In this document: piece after piece, positions 17,784 to 26,496 of the stretch
Layout: every line of letters starts with the position of its first letter
How positions within the stretch are numbered: the first letter of the stretch is position 1
Origin: Actinomycetota bacterium
GTDB taxonomy: Bacteria; Actinomycetota; Thermoleophilia; BMS3ABIN01
Direction: 5' to 3'
Assembly: GCA_023489275.1 (NCBI GenBank)
Contig: JAMDDD010000006.1
Location: 29,504 to 93,503, forward strand
Length of the DNA: 64,000 bases
The notes under the pieces: model-generated
Told to the model about the DNA's origin: nothing
Seen by the model: the letters and a program-made list of their open reading frames with translations, nothing else
The model's database searches: none
Made by a program: the position numbers and the translations under genes

Positions 17784-18176
17784 TTAGATAACCTGCTTGA
17801 CCTGCTGCGTGAATTCGTTTACCACATCTGCCCACTTTGCTCCTTCGGAAGCGCTCACCCAGGTGTAGCGGAACCTGGCCGGATCGATTCCCAGCGCCGG
17901 CAACATCCGCTCCAGCACCTCCAGCCTCCGGCGGGCATAATAATTACCCTCATTGTAATGGCAGTCTCCCGGATGGCAGCCGCTCACCAGCACGCCGTCG
18001 GCGCCTTCCCGAAACGCCTTCAACACCAGCAGCGGGTTTACCCGACCGGTGCACGGCAGCCGCACGGCGCGGAGGCTGGCCGGCTGCTTCATTCTGGCCG
18101 TGCCGGCCATATCAGCCCCGGCATAGGAGCACCAGTTACATAGAAAACCTATTATTTTGACTTCAGTTTTAGGCAT
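17784..18176 (-). CDS. mvhD: MvhD / FlxD-like hydrogenase iron-sulfur subunit
   Basis: 130-aa ORF with IIGFLCNWCSYAGADMAG...LPCTGRV...VLVSGCHPGDCHY, the typical methyl-viologen-reducing hydrogenase delta subunit pattern. Confidence 0.85.
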   Translation of the reverse strand: MPKTEVKIIGFLCNWCSYAGADMAGTARMKQPASLRAVRLPCTGRVNPLLVLKAFREGADGVLVSGCHPGDCHYNEGNYYARRRLEVLERMLPALGIDPARFRYTWVSASEGAKWADVVNEFTQQVKQVI

Positions 18177-18284
18177 TGATCCTTTAGTCCAAAGTTAAAT
18201 CTTCGCTTCGCCCAGAATGACAAATCGAGATACATTTAAGTGAGTTAGGATGTCCATTTTTTCAATAATTGGTTGACAGGTTTT

Positions 18285-18305
18285 CAACTTGGAACTTGGA
18301 ACTAT
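18285..18305. repeat. 7-nt periodic tract T6
   Basis: CAACTTG|GAACTTG|GAACTAT, overlapping the hdrA stop codon. Confidence 0.65.
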
Positions 18306-20338
18306 CTTAGTACTTCCACCACTTCCGCAATCAGTTGATTGTCAGTGTATCCTTTTAATGATATAACTCCGGGCGGGCAGGCGACGTTGCAGAGGCCGCA
18401 ACCCTGGCAGAGTGAGGCAATCACGTGCGCAACTTGTCCGCCCATCGCATCCTGATTCTCGATGGCTCCGTAAGGGCAGACATCCCGGCATTTAAAACAG
18501 CCGGTGCACTTCAGCTGATTGACCTCCGCCACCATCGGGCTCGTCTCGATTTCTTCCCGGGAAAGCAGCCCGATGACCTTTGCCGCCGCCGCGCCAGCCT
18601 GCGCCACGGAAGCCGGAATGTCTTTCGGTCCCTGGCAGGCGCCGGCGAGAAAGACGCCGCCGGTGTTCGTCTCCACCGGCTTCAGCTTCGGGTGGCCTTC
18701 CGCCATGAACCCCTGGCCATCAGTGGAAATGTTCAGCCGCCGCGCCAGCCCGCCGGCGCCCTCGGCGGGCGTCAACCCGGTCGCCAGCACCACCAGATCT
18801 GCCTCAATCTCAACCTGGTCGCCGGCCAGCGTGTCTGTGCCCATCACCACCAGTTTGCCGCCGCGGGGATAGATCTTGCCGACGCGTCCCCTGATATAGA
18901 TAGCGCCAAAGTCTGTCTGGGCCCGGCGGGCGAACTCGTCATATCCCTTGCCGGCGGCGCGGACGTCGATATAAAAAATATAAGACTGCGAATCTGGAAT
19001 GTGCTCTTTTGTTAAAATTGCCTGTTTGGCCATATACATGCAGCCGATGCTGCAGCACTGCGGCCGGCCCACTGACTCGTCCCGCGATCCGATGCAGGAG
19101 ATAAAAACGATATCGCGGGGCTCCTTGCCGTCGGAGGGCCGCTCGATGTGGCCGCCGGTAGGACCGGAGGCCGACAGCAGCCGCTCATACTTGAGAGCGT
19201 TAATTACGTCCGGGTACATGCCCATGCCGTAAGTCGGATATGACTGCTTCCAGTCATAGAGGCCAAAGCCGGTGGCGACAACCACGGCGCCAAACTTTTC
19301 CGTCACCACCGTATCTTCCTGCCCGTAGTCGATAGCGTCCGCCGGACAGACTTTCTGGCAAACGCTGCACTTGCCACTGATAAACAGGCGGCAGTACTCC
19401 TTGCGGAGACTGGCCACCAGCGGCACCGCCTGGGGGAACGGGATCGAGATCGCCTTCGATTCGCCGGCGCAGGCGTTAAAGTCATCCGGCGCCTTGCTGG
19501 GACATTTCTCCTGGCAGATCAGGCAGCCGGTGCATTTCTCCTCGATGACGCAGCTTGCCTTTTTTCTGATATCAATCTCAAAGTTGCCAATATATCCCCG
19601 CACTTTTTCAACCTCAGAATTGACCATCAGCTTGATGTTCTCATGCTGCTTCACCTCCACCATCCGGGGAGTCAGGATGCAGGAAGAGCAATCCAGGGTG
19701 GGAAAGGTCTTGTCCAGCCGGGCCATATTGCCGCCGATGGTGGGGCTTTTCTCCACCAGCGTCACCGGGATGCCGGCATCGGCAATGTCGAGCGCCGCCT
19801 GGATGCCGGCGACGCCCGCGCCAATCACCAGCGCCCGCCGGGCCACCGGCGAGCTGCCGGGCTGAAGCGGCTTCTGCCGCCGCACCCGGGCAACGCCTTT
19901 GCGCACCAGATCAATTGCCTTTTCCGTGGTCTCGTCGATGCCGGAGTGAATCCAGGAGCACTGCTCCCGAATATTGACCATCTCCAGCATGAACGGGTTC
20001 ATGCCGGCGCGGCCGATCGCCCGCCGGAAAGTAATCTCATGCATTCTCGGCGAGCAGCCTGCCATCACCACGCGGGTGAGCCCCTTCTGCTGGATGGCGT
20101 CGATAATCGCCCGCTGCCCGGGATCGGAGCATGTGTACTGAATGCTTTCGGCATGGACGACGCCCAGCATTGATTTTGCCGCCTGCACCACCCTGTCGGT
20201 AGAGACGGTGGCGGCGATATTGGTCCCGCACTGGCAGACGAAGACGCCAATCATGCTGATCCTGGACTCTGGCTGCTGGATTCCGGATAACCCAAAACCC
20301 AGTTTCTGGTATTTTGCCAACTCATTTCTGTCTTCCAA
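18302..20338 (-). CDS. hdrA: Heterodisulfide reductase subunit A-like flavoprotein
   Basis: 678-aa ORF with FAD motif VIGAGVAGIQAALDIADAG and several ferredoxin-type CxxCxxCxxxCP clusters (CTGCLICQEKCP, CSVCQKVCP, CTGCFKCRDVCP, CQGCGLCNVACP). Confidence 0.9.
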   Translation of the reverse strand: MEDRNELAKYQKLGFGLSGIQQPESRISMIGVFVCQCGTNIAATVSTDRVVQAAKSMLGVVHAESIQYTCSDPGQRAIIDAIQQKGLTRVVMAGCSPRMHEITFRRAIGRAGMNPFMLEMVNIREQCSWIHSGIDETTEKAIDLVRKGVARVRRQKPLQPGSSPVARRALVIGAGVAGIQAALDIADAGIPVTLVEKSPTIGGNMARLDKTFPTLDCSSCILTPRMVEVKQHENIKLMVNSEVEKVRGYIGNFEIDIRKKASCVIEEKCTGCLICQEKCPSKAPDDFNACAGESKAISIPFPQAVPLVASLRKEYCRLFISGKCSVCQKVCPADAIDYGQEDTVVTEKFGAVVVATGFGLYDWKQSYPTYGMGMYPDVINALKYERLLSASGPTGGHIERPSDGKEPRDIVFISCIGSRDESVGRPQCCSIGCMYMAKQAILTKEHIPDSQSYIFYIDVRAAGKGYDEFARRAQTDFGAIYIRGRVGKIYPRGGKLVVMGTDTLAGDQVEIEADLVVLATGLTPAEGAGGLARRLNISTDGQGFMAEGHPKLKPVETNTGGVFLAGACQGPKDIPASVAQAGAAAAKVIGLLSREEIETSPMVAEVNQLKCTGCFKCRDVCPYGAIENQDAMGGQVAHVIASLCQGCGLCNVACPPGVISLKGYTDNQLIAEVVEVLR

Positions 20339-20355
20339 AGAATGTCTGTAAGTCT

Positions 20356-21228
20356 TTATCCGGCATCTAGCATCCAGCGTCCAAAATCCGTCGTGGCGTG
20401 CTGATCGATGCCCAGTTCGGCGGGGAGATGGCCCAGCGCCAGGCCGATCACCTGCGTGAAATACAGAACCGGCAGATGGTAATCGGTGCCGTAGGCGGCA
20501 TTAATCTGGCCCTGTCGCAGCTCCAGGTTCTGATGACATAAGGGACACACCGTCACCAGCGCGTCAATTCCGCATTCGAGCGCCACCTCAATAATGCGCT
20601 TGCTTGCCTGGAGCACCATTTCTTTCTTGGCCAGCCCCATGTAGGAGCCGCAACACTCGGTCTTGAAAGGAAAGTGAGGCGTGGCCGCCCCCGTCGCGTT
20701 CAGCAGCGGCTCCATCTTCACCGGATTATTGGGGTCGTCGTACCTGACAACTTCCGGCGGCCGCACCAGCACGCAACCATAGTATGTCCCCAGACTCAAC
20801 CCGGACAGGCGGCGCTGCACCCGCTCCGACAGATCACCCGGAGCAATCTCCCTGTTTAACAACTGGATGACATTTAACACTTCTGTTTGATAACGGACCG
20901 CCTCGCCCAGCGCCGCGCCGGTCCGCTCTCTCAGCTCCGGGTTTCGCTCCAGCTCAAACTGCGCGTACTTGAGCCGGTTGTAACAGCCGGCGCAGGGCGC
21001 CACTACCGAAGGATGGCCGGCGCCGGCAATATGCAGGTTGCGCGCCGGCAGCAGGATGCCCAGCTCACCCCCCCAATGATGGGGCGCGGGCGAGGCGCCG
21101 CAACAGTTCCAGTCGGTCAGCTCGTCCAGGCCGATGCCGAAAGCATTCGCCACCAGCCGGAAGGAGACGTCGTACTCGGCGGCGCTACTGGTAAGGGAAC
21201 AGCCGGGAAAGTAGGAATAGGCCGTCAT
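20356..21228 (-). CDS. hdrB: Heterodisulfide reductase subunit B-like (two CCG domains)
   Basis: 290-aa ORF with CCG motifs NCCGASP and ECCGSYMG. The last ~12 codons run through a heptamer tract. Confidence 0.85.
   Translation of the reverse strand: MTAYSYFPGCSLTSSAAEYDVSFRLVANAFGIGLDELTDWNCCGASPAPHHWGGELGILLPARNLHIAGAGHPSVVAPCAGCYNRLKYAQFELERNPELRERTGAALGEAVRYQTEVLNVIQLLNREIAPGDLSERVQRRLSGLSLGTYYGCVLVRPPEVVRYDDPNNPVKMEPLLNATGAATPHFPFKTECCGSYMGLAKKEMVLQASKRIIEVALECGIDALVTVCPLCHQNLELRQGQINAAYGTDYHLPVLYFTQVIGLALGHLPAELGIDQHATTDFGRWMLDAG
20358..20392. repeat. 7-nt periodic tract T7
   Basis: ATCCGGC|ATCTAGC|ATCCAGC|GTCCAAA|ATCCGTC, translated as the hdrB C-terminal tail (...GRWMLDAG*). Confidence 0.8.
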
Positions 21229-21235
21229 CTCCGGC

Positions 21236-21805
21236 TCACCTCGGCGGCCCGGCGCTGCCGTTGACCTGCTGGAAGAGACGCCTGACCTGGCGCAGGTTTT
21301 TTATCCTGGGCGGGAAAATGCGCACCTTTTTCTTTCGTAGCAGCAACGGGGCCAGGGAGAGGTCATTTGTCAGCTTGCCAGTTCGTAAATTGAACCATAA
21401 AAGCAGGGTAGTCTCGTGCAGCCGTCCGTGCCGGCAGACATTATTGAGAAAGCCACGGCGGAAAAGGCGCAGGTTGGGCTCCGTATCCCGCAGCCCCGCC
21501 TCATCGGCGATGGCCTTGGCGGTTTCAATGACTCCGGCGACATCGATTTTCACCGGGCAGCGCATCGAGCAGGTCATGCAATCAAGACACAGCTGTGCCG
21601 TCTCGGACCGGAGTACTTCCTCAACCAGTCCGATCTGAAGCAAGTGCATCAACCGGTGCGGCGGATAATCGAAAGCAAAGGCTGCCACGCAGGTGGAGGT
21701 GCAGCGTCCGCACTGGAGGCAGGCAGTGATTCTTTGCCCGCTGCGGCGCTCGATCTCGGCAACGACGGCTGCGCCTTCTTTGACAGTTTGGGAGAGATTT
21801 ATCAC
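21236..21805 (-). CDS. hdrC: Heterodisulfide reductase subunit C-like
   Basis: 189-aa ORF (GTG start) with two cluster motifs: CLQCGRCTSTC and CLDCMTCSMRCP. Confidence 0.85.
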   Translation of the reverse strand: MINLSQTVKEGAAVVAEIERRSGQRITACLQCGRCTSTCVAAFAFDYPPHRLMHLLQIGLVEEVLRSETAQLCLDCMTCSMRCPVKIDVAGVIETAKAIADEAGLRDTEPNLRLFRRGFLNNVCRHGRLHETTLLLWFNLRTGKLTNDLSLAPLLLRKKKVRIFPPRIKNLRQVRRLFQQVNGSAGPPR

Positions 21806-21823
21806 TGTTCCTCCCTTTTAAAG

Positions 21824-21917
21824 CAAGTTTCTGGTTTCCAGTTTCCGTTTGCTGGTTGCCGGCCTCTATACCAAAGAACCGGAAACAGGCAGCCGGAAAC
21901 TAAAAACTGGAACTAAA
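21824..21917. repeat. 7-nt periodic tract T8 (inverted arms)
   Basis: Arm 1: CAAGTTT|CTGGTTT|CCAGTTT|CCGTTTG|CTGGTTG|CCGGCCT. Arm 2, from 21876: GAACCGG|AAACAGG|CAGCCGG|AAACTAA|AAACTGG|AACTAAA. CCAGTTT and AAACTGG are reverse complements. Confidence 0.8.
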
Positions 21918-22070
21918 AAGCCCGCCGGCGCCAATGTCTCTTTGCCAACCAGAGGCAGGCCGTCGAGCTGGAATTTGCTTTTTCGCGGCGTTCGCGGCTT
22001 CCCGTCCCTGAGAATCCGCTCACGAACTTGTGAAAAAAATAACAGGAGCTTAGAATTTTAGCAGGACCCT

Positions 22071-23153
22071 CTAGGGGAAGTCAATAAAATTGTAAGCGTT
22101 GTCCCGCTGGACCGGCACGAGGCCGGCGGCGCGAATGGCGTTAACCAGCTCATCCTTGCCGACGCGGTAACTTACCCCGGCCGCGGCGACGACATTTTCC
22201 TCGATCATGGTGCTCCCCATGTCGTTGGCGCCAAAACTGAGGGATATCTGCGCCACCTTCAGGCCTTGCGTCACCCAGGAGGCCTGAATATTGCGGACAT
22301 TGTCCAGGAAGATGCGGCTGACGGCGACGGTCATCAAATAATCGATCCCGCTCGATGATTTCTGGCCCTCCATCTGCGTGTGCGAATCCTGAAAGGTCCA
22401 AGGAATAAACGCCGTGAAACCTCCGGTCTCGTCCTGCAGTTCGCGGATGCGCCCCATATGAACGGCCCTGTCCGCGCAGGTCTCGATGCTGCCAAACATC
22501 ATCGTTGCCGTTCCTCTGAGACCGGCTTTATGGGCCGACCGCATCACTCCCAGCCAGGCGTCGCCATCTGCCTTTCCCGGACTGATCCGGGCGCGGACTC
22601 CATCCGCAAGAATCTCGGCCCCACCCCCGGGCAGCGAATCCAGCCCCGCCGCCTTCAGGCGGCTGATCGCCTCGTCAACCGTTATCCCGCTGATTTTGGC
22701 GATGTGGTATATCTCTGGTGGCGACAGCGAGTGAATGTAGATGTCGAAGCGGGATTTAATCGCGGCGAAAAGATCACAATAATAATTGATGTCAAGCTTA
22801 GGGTGCAGCCCCCCCTGCATCATGATGCCTGTGCCGCCCAGCGCCAGCGTCTGCTCGATCTTGCGGAATATCTCCTCCTGGCTCAGAAGGTAGCCTTCGG
22901 CCGAGCCCGGCTTGCGGTGGAAAGCGCAAAACCGGCAGCCGGCGATGCAGACATTGGTGAAATTGATATTGCGGTCAACCACGAAGCTGGCTTCAACGCC
23001 GGGCGCCCGGCGGCGCCGGAGCCCGCCGGCGACTCGCCCCACCGCGATCAGGTCGCGGCTCTTAAGCAGTGCCACCGCCTCCGTTTCACTGATCCTCTCG
23101 TCGGCGGCGGCTTTCTCAAGGATGCCTGCCACCTTTGCCCGCGCGGCAGCCAT
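22071..23153 (-). CDS. mqnC: Radical SAM cyclic dehypoxanthinyl futalosine synthase
   Basis: 360-aa ORF with radical-SAM CIAGCRFCAF, plus EEIFRKIEQTLALGGTGIMMQGG and LPGGGAEIL. Choosing MqnC over MqnE is from remembered similarity to Bacillus MqnC. Adjacent to mqnA. Confidence 0.75.
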   Translation of the reverse strand: MAAARAKVAGILEKAAADERISETEAVALLKSRDLIAVGRVAGGLRRRRAPGVEASFVVDRNINFTNVCIAGCRFCAFHRKPGSAEGYLLSQEEIFRKIEQTLALGGTGIMMQGGLHPKLDINYYCDLFAAIKSRFDIYIHSLSPPEIYHIAKISGITVDEAISRLKAAGLDSLPGGGAEILADGVRARISPGKADGDAWLGVMRSAHKAGLRGTATMMFGSIETCADRAVHMGRIRELQDETGGFTAFIPWTFQDSHTQMEGQKSSSGIDYLMTVAVSRIFLDNVRNIQASWVTQGLKVAQISLSFGANDMGSTMIEENVVAAAGVSYRVGKDELVNAIRAAGLVPVQRDNAYNFIDFP

Positions 23154-24067
23154 TAGATAAACTCCAGCCGGGGGACGGGAGGCGCTGCCCCCACCGCTGC
23201 GGCGCGCCGGTAAAATTCTTCCAGCCCGCGGCGGTAATCATCGGTAAGATCATAGCGAAGCTTGGCAAAGTAGGAGCGCAGCAGCTCCGGCTGGAAAGGG
23301 TAGGCGCCGGCGGCGGCGCGGACCACTTCGTCCCAGTGCCCGCGGCAGTATTCAACCGAGTAAAGCAGCCGGTCCTGGACCTCAAACGTCTCGTCCGGGC
23401 GAACGTCAAAGAAGGAGCGTCTGACAGCCCAGAGGGCAAAAACCATCGGCAGGCCGGTCAGCTCCTTCCATAACTCTCCCAAGTCATAACTGAACTGCCA
23501 GTCGCCCCCGTAAAAGGCCTCCAGCGCCTGGTCGCCAATCAGGAGCACGGCGTCAAAATCGTGGAGCGCTTCGGCGGCGCCGCCGGAAAGTGGAACGTAT
23601 TCAGGCGCCCCGCGCCGGCGGCCGCCCAGCAAGATCTTCAGCAGAGCGACGGATGTGGCGCTCTGGCTCGTTAGGGCCACCGACTCGACCGCTTCGGCAG
23701 GCCGCCTGGAAATGAGGCGGATGCTGTCCACGGCGCCGTCGGCGGTGATGGAAAGGCTGGGAAAGAGGATGAGGCTCGCCTGGTTGCGTGCGTACTCGAT
23801 TGATGAGATCGGGCTGATGTCGAGATCGCCGGCCAGCAGCAGCCCGTTCAGATAAGTCGGCACGCCGCGCACGAGTTGAAAGCATCCCCACCCTTCCCCT
23901 TTTTCCAGTCCGTAATAAAGCGGGTAGCCGTTGAGAAACTCGAAATGGCCGATCCGGATCGCCGCCTGCCCGGGCAGTGTTTCCTTGACCTGGACCGGCG
24001 CCGCTTTAAAGCCCGCCGGCTCGCTTGCCGCACGGCCGGCAGCCTGCTTTGGCCTGTCAGTCTTCAT
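23153..24067 (-). CDS. mqnA: Chorismate dehydratase (futalosine pathway) MqnA-like
   Basis: IRIGHFEFLNGYPLYYGL start region and a periplasmic-binding-protein-like fold, sandwiched between two mqn radical-SAM genes. Trimmed to the ATG at 24067, giving an 11-nt overlap with mqnE. Confidence 0.7.
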   Translation of the reverse strand: MKTDRPKQAAGRAASEPAGFKAAPVQVKETLPGQAAIRIGHFEFLNGYPLYYGLEKGEGWGCFQLVRGVPTYLNGLLLAGDLDISPISSIEYARNQASLILFPSLSITADGAVDSIRLISRRPAEAVESVALTSQSATSVALLKILLGGRRRGAPEYVPLSGGAAEALHDFDAVLLIGDQALEAFYGGDWQFSYDLGELWKELTGLPMVFALWAVRRSFFDVRPDETFEVQDRLLYSVEYCRGHWDEVVRAAAGAYPFQPELLRSYFAKLRYDLTDDYRRGLEEFYRRAAAVGAAPPVPRLEFI

Positions 24068-25130
24068 AAACCCTGATGACGTTGTAAAGGGTGTCCCGCT
24101 CAACCGGAGTGCGGCCCGCATCCCGGATGAGTCCGATCAGCTCGTCCCGGGAAATGGACTGACCCGTCCGGGCGCCGGCGGCATGGGTGATCTTTTCCTC
24201 CACCACAGTGCCGTCGATGTCATTGACGCCAAAATGCATTGATATCTGCGCCACCTTGATGCCTAGCATGATCCAGAACGCCTTGATGTTGACGAAATTG
24301 TCCAGCATTAGCCGGCCTACCGCCAGCATTTTCAGGTCCTCGACGCCGGTTGTCCCCGGGAGCTCGCTCAGCTTCGTGTTATCCGGATGGAAAGCCAGGG
24401 GAATGAAGCTGCCGAAGCCGCCAGTCTCATCCTGCAGCTCTCGCAGCCGCAGCAGGTGATCGATCCGCTCCCCGGCCGTTTCGACGTGCCCGTAGAGCAT
24501 GGTCGCGTTTGACTTGATGCCAGCTTTGTGCGCTGTCCGCATCACGTCCAGCCATCCCTCGGCTGATATCTTGTTCGGACATACCTGCCGGCGCACCCGC
24601 TCCGAGAAGATCTCGGCGCCGCCGCCGGGAAGTGATCCGAGGCCGGCATCCTTGAGCTCCAGGAGCACCTCCGCCACTGATTTGCCCGCCCGGCGCGCGA
24701 AAAAAGCAATCTCGCTGGCGGTAAAAGCCTGGATGTGCACGGACGGATCCAGGCGCCTCAGCGCCGCGATCATTTCCAGATAATATTCATACGGCAGAGA
24801 CGGGTGCTCGCCGCCGACGATGTGGAGTTCAGTGGCGCCGTCCGCGAGCGACGCCCGGGCGCGCTCGATGACTTCATCCAGCGTCATCGTGTAAGCACCC
24901 GGTGAGTCCTCGCGGGCGTTAAAAGCGCAAAACTTGCAGCCATTGCCGCAGACGTTCGTGTGGTTGATATGCCGGTTGTTGATGAAGAAAACGCGATCGC
25001 CCGCCGCCCGGCGGCGCGCCTGATCGGCCAGGGCGCCCACGCGCAGGAGGTCGTCCGTCTCAAGCAGCTTCAGGCCATCCTCGCGGGACAGCCGCTCGCC
25101 ACTTATTACTTTTTCTTCAATCACATCCAT
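24057..25130 (-). CDS. mqnE: Radical SAM aminofutalosine synthase
   Basis: 357-aa ORF with CGNGCKFCAF, ELHIVGGEHP and LPGGGAEIF; CofH/MqnE/MqnC family. The MqnE versus MqnC choice is tentative. Confidence 0.75.
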   Translation of the reverse strand: MDVIEEKVISGERLSREDGLKLLETDDLLRVGALADQARRRAAGDRVFFINNRHINHTNVCGNGCKFCAFNAREDSPGAYTMTLDEVIERARASLADGATELHIVGGEHPSLPYEYYLEMIAALRRLDPSVHIQAFTASEIAFFARRAGKSVAEVLLELKDAGLGSLPGGGAEIFSERVRRQVCPNKISAEGWLDVMRTAHKAGIKSNATMLYGHVETAGERIDHLLRLRELQDETGGFGSFIPLAFHPDNTKLSELPGTTGVEDLKMLAVGRLMLDNFVNIKAFWIMLGIKVAQISMHFGVNDIDGTVVEEKITHAAGARTGQSISRDELIGLIRDAGRTPVERDTLYNVIRVYED

Positions 25131-25143
25131 ATATGAAACTTTT

Positions 25144-25208
25144 GTTTCCAGTTAAAATCACGATACTCAGAACCAGAAACCAGAAACTGGAAACCGGAAA
25201 CTCGTAAC
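25144..25208. repeat. 7-nt periodic tract T9
   Basis: CAGAAC|CAGAAAC|CAGAAAC|TGGAAAC|CGGAAAC|TCGTAAC from 25168. GTTTCCAGTT (25144-25153) is the exact inverted partner of AACTGGAAAC (25185-25194). Confidence 0.8.
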
Positions 25209-26486
25209 TCAGTCTGCTCGCAGGTTCAGCTCCCGTTTGTCCCCTGCCAGAGAGTCCAGCGCTTTTTCGAAAACCGCCGGCTCCGGACCGATGGCCACCG
25301 CCGTTAACCGGCCCGGCTGGTAAAACTCGGCCGCCAGCTCCATCACCTCGCCGGCGGTAACGGCGTCGATCCGTTCGATAATCTCATCCATGTCAAGGAT
25401 CTCCGAATCAGTGACGGTCAGCTTGCCCAGGCGGCTCATGCGGCTGTGCGTCGTTTCCATTCCCAGGACCACGCGGCCTTTCGCGTTCTCCTTTGCCCGC
25501 GCCAGCTCGTCATCCGGTATCGGCTTTGCCGCCAGCAGTTCAAGCTGGCCATTGATGATGTCCGCCACCTCGCGGACACTGTCACTGCGGCAGCCAAAAT
25601 AAACCCCCAGCAGCCCCGTGTCCGAATAAAGCGTCGAAAAGGAATAAACCGAATAGGCCAGCCCCCGCTTTTCCCGCACCTCCTGAAACAGGCGCGAGCT
25701 GGCGGTGCCGCCGAGAACCGTATCCAGGATTTGCAGCGCAAATCGTCTGGGAGAGTGACGCGAAAGCCCCAAGCCACCGAGGCAGACATGATATTGCTGC
25801 GTGTCCTTGACGTAAAAGGCGTCTCCCGGCTCCCGGCGGGCCGGTTCCGGCGGCGCCAGCGTCCGGGACAGCGGCGGCGAGCCGTTGCCGCCGGCGGTAT
25901 GCCGCCGGGCAAGCTCGACCAGCTCGCTTTGCCCGATGCTGCCGGCGGCAGCGATGACCATGTTTGGCAATGTGTAATGACCCTGGTGATAGGCGCGGAG
26001 CCGCGCCGGCGTAACCGCGCCGATAATCTCCGAAGTGCCCAGCACGCTTTTACCCAGAGGGTGCTCGCCGAAGATGGCCGCTGTCAGGTAATCGGCGATC
26101 AGCTCCGAGGGAGTATCCTCGTACATGGCAATCTCCTCGATCACCACTTCGCGCTCCGGATCGATGTCGGCAAATGCCGGACTAAGCACCATATCGGCAA
26201 TCACGTCAAATGCTTCGGTGAGATGCCGGTCCAGGAAGCGCGCGTGCACCACTGTATACTCGCGGGCGGTGGCAGCATTGATCTCCCCGCCAAACGAGTC
26301 AAAGATCTGGGCGATCTCGGTAGCCCCAAAGCGGGAGCTTCCCTTGAACAGCAAGTGCTCAATGAAGTGGCTGATGCCGCTCTCGGCCGGCTCCTCATAG
26401 CGGGAGCCGGCACCGATCCAGAAGCCGAGCGACACCGAACGGACGGACGGCATTTTTTCGCTGATTACCCGTCCGCCCTGTGGCAA
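25209..26486 (-). CDS. M16-family zinc metallopeptidase (pitrilysin-like)
   Basis: 425-aa ORF with the inverted zinc motif HFIEHLLFKG. It lies directly downstream of pnp, as ymxG/mlpA does in Bacillus-type synteny. Confidence 0.85.
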   Translation of the reverse strand: MPQGGRVISEKMPSVRSVSLGFWIGAGSRYEEPAESGISHFIEHLLFKGSSRFGATEIAQIFDSFGGEINAATAREYTVVHARFLDRHLTEAFDVIADMVLSPAFADIDPEREVVIEEIAMYEDTPSELIADYLTAAIFGEHPLGKSVLGTSEIIGAVTPARLRAYHQGHYTLPNMVIAAAGSIGQSELVELARRHTAGGNGSPPLSRTLAPPEPARREPGDAFYVKDTQQYHVCLGGLGLSRHSPRRFALQILDTVLGGTASSRLFQEVREKRGLAYSVYSFSTLYSDTGLLGVYFGCRSDSVREVADIINGQLELLAAKPIPDDELARAKENAKGRVVLGMETTHSRMSRLGKLTVTDSEILDMDEIIERIDAVTAGEVMELAAEFYQPGRLTAVAIGPEPAVFEKALDSLAGDKRELNLRAD

Positions 26487-26496
26487 CTGTTCTAGC

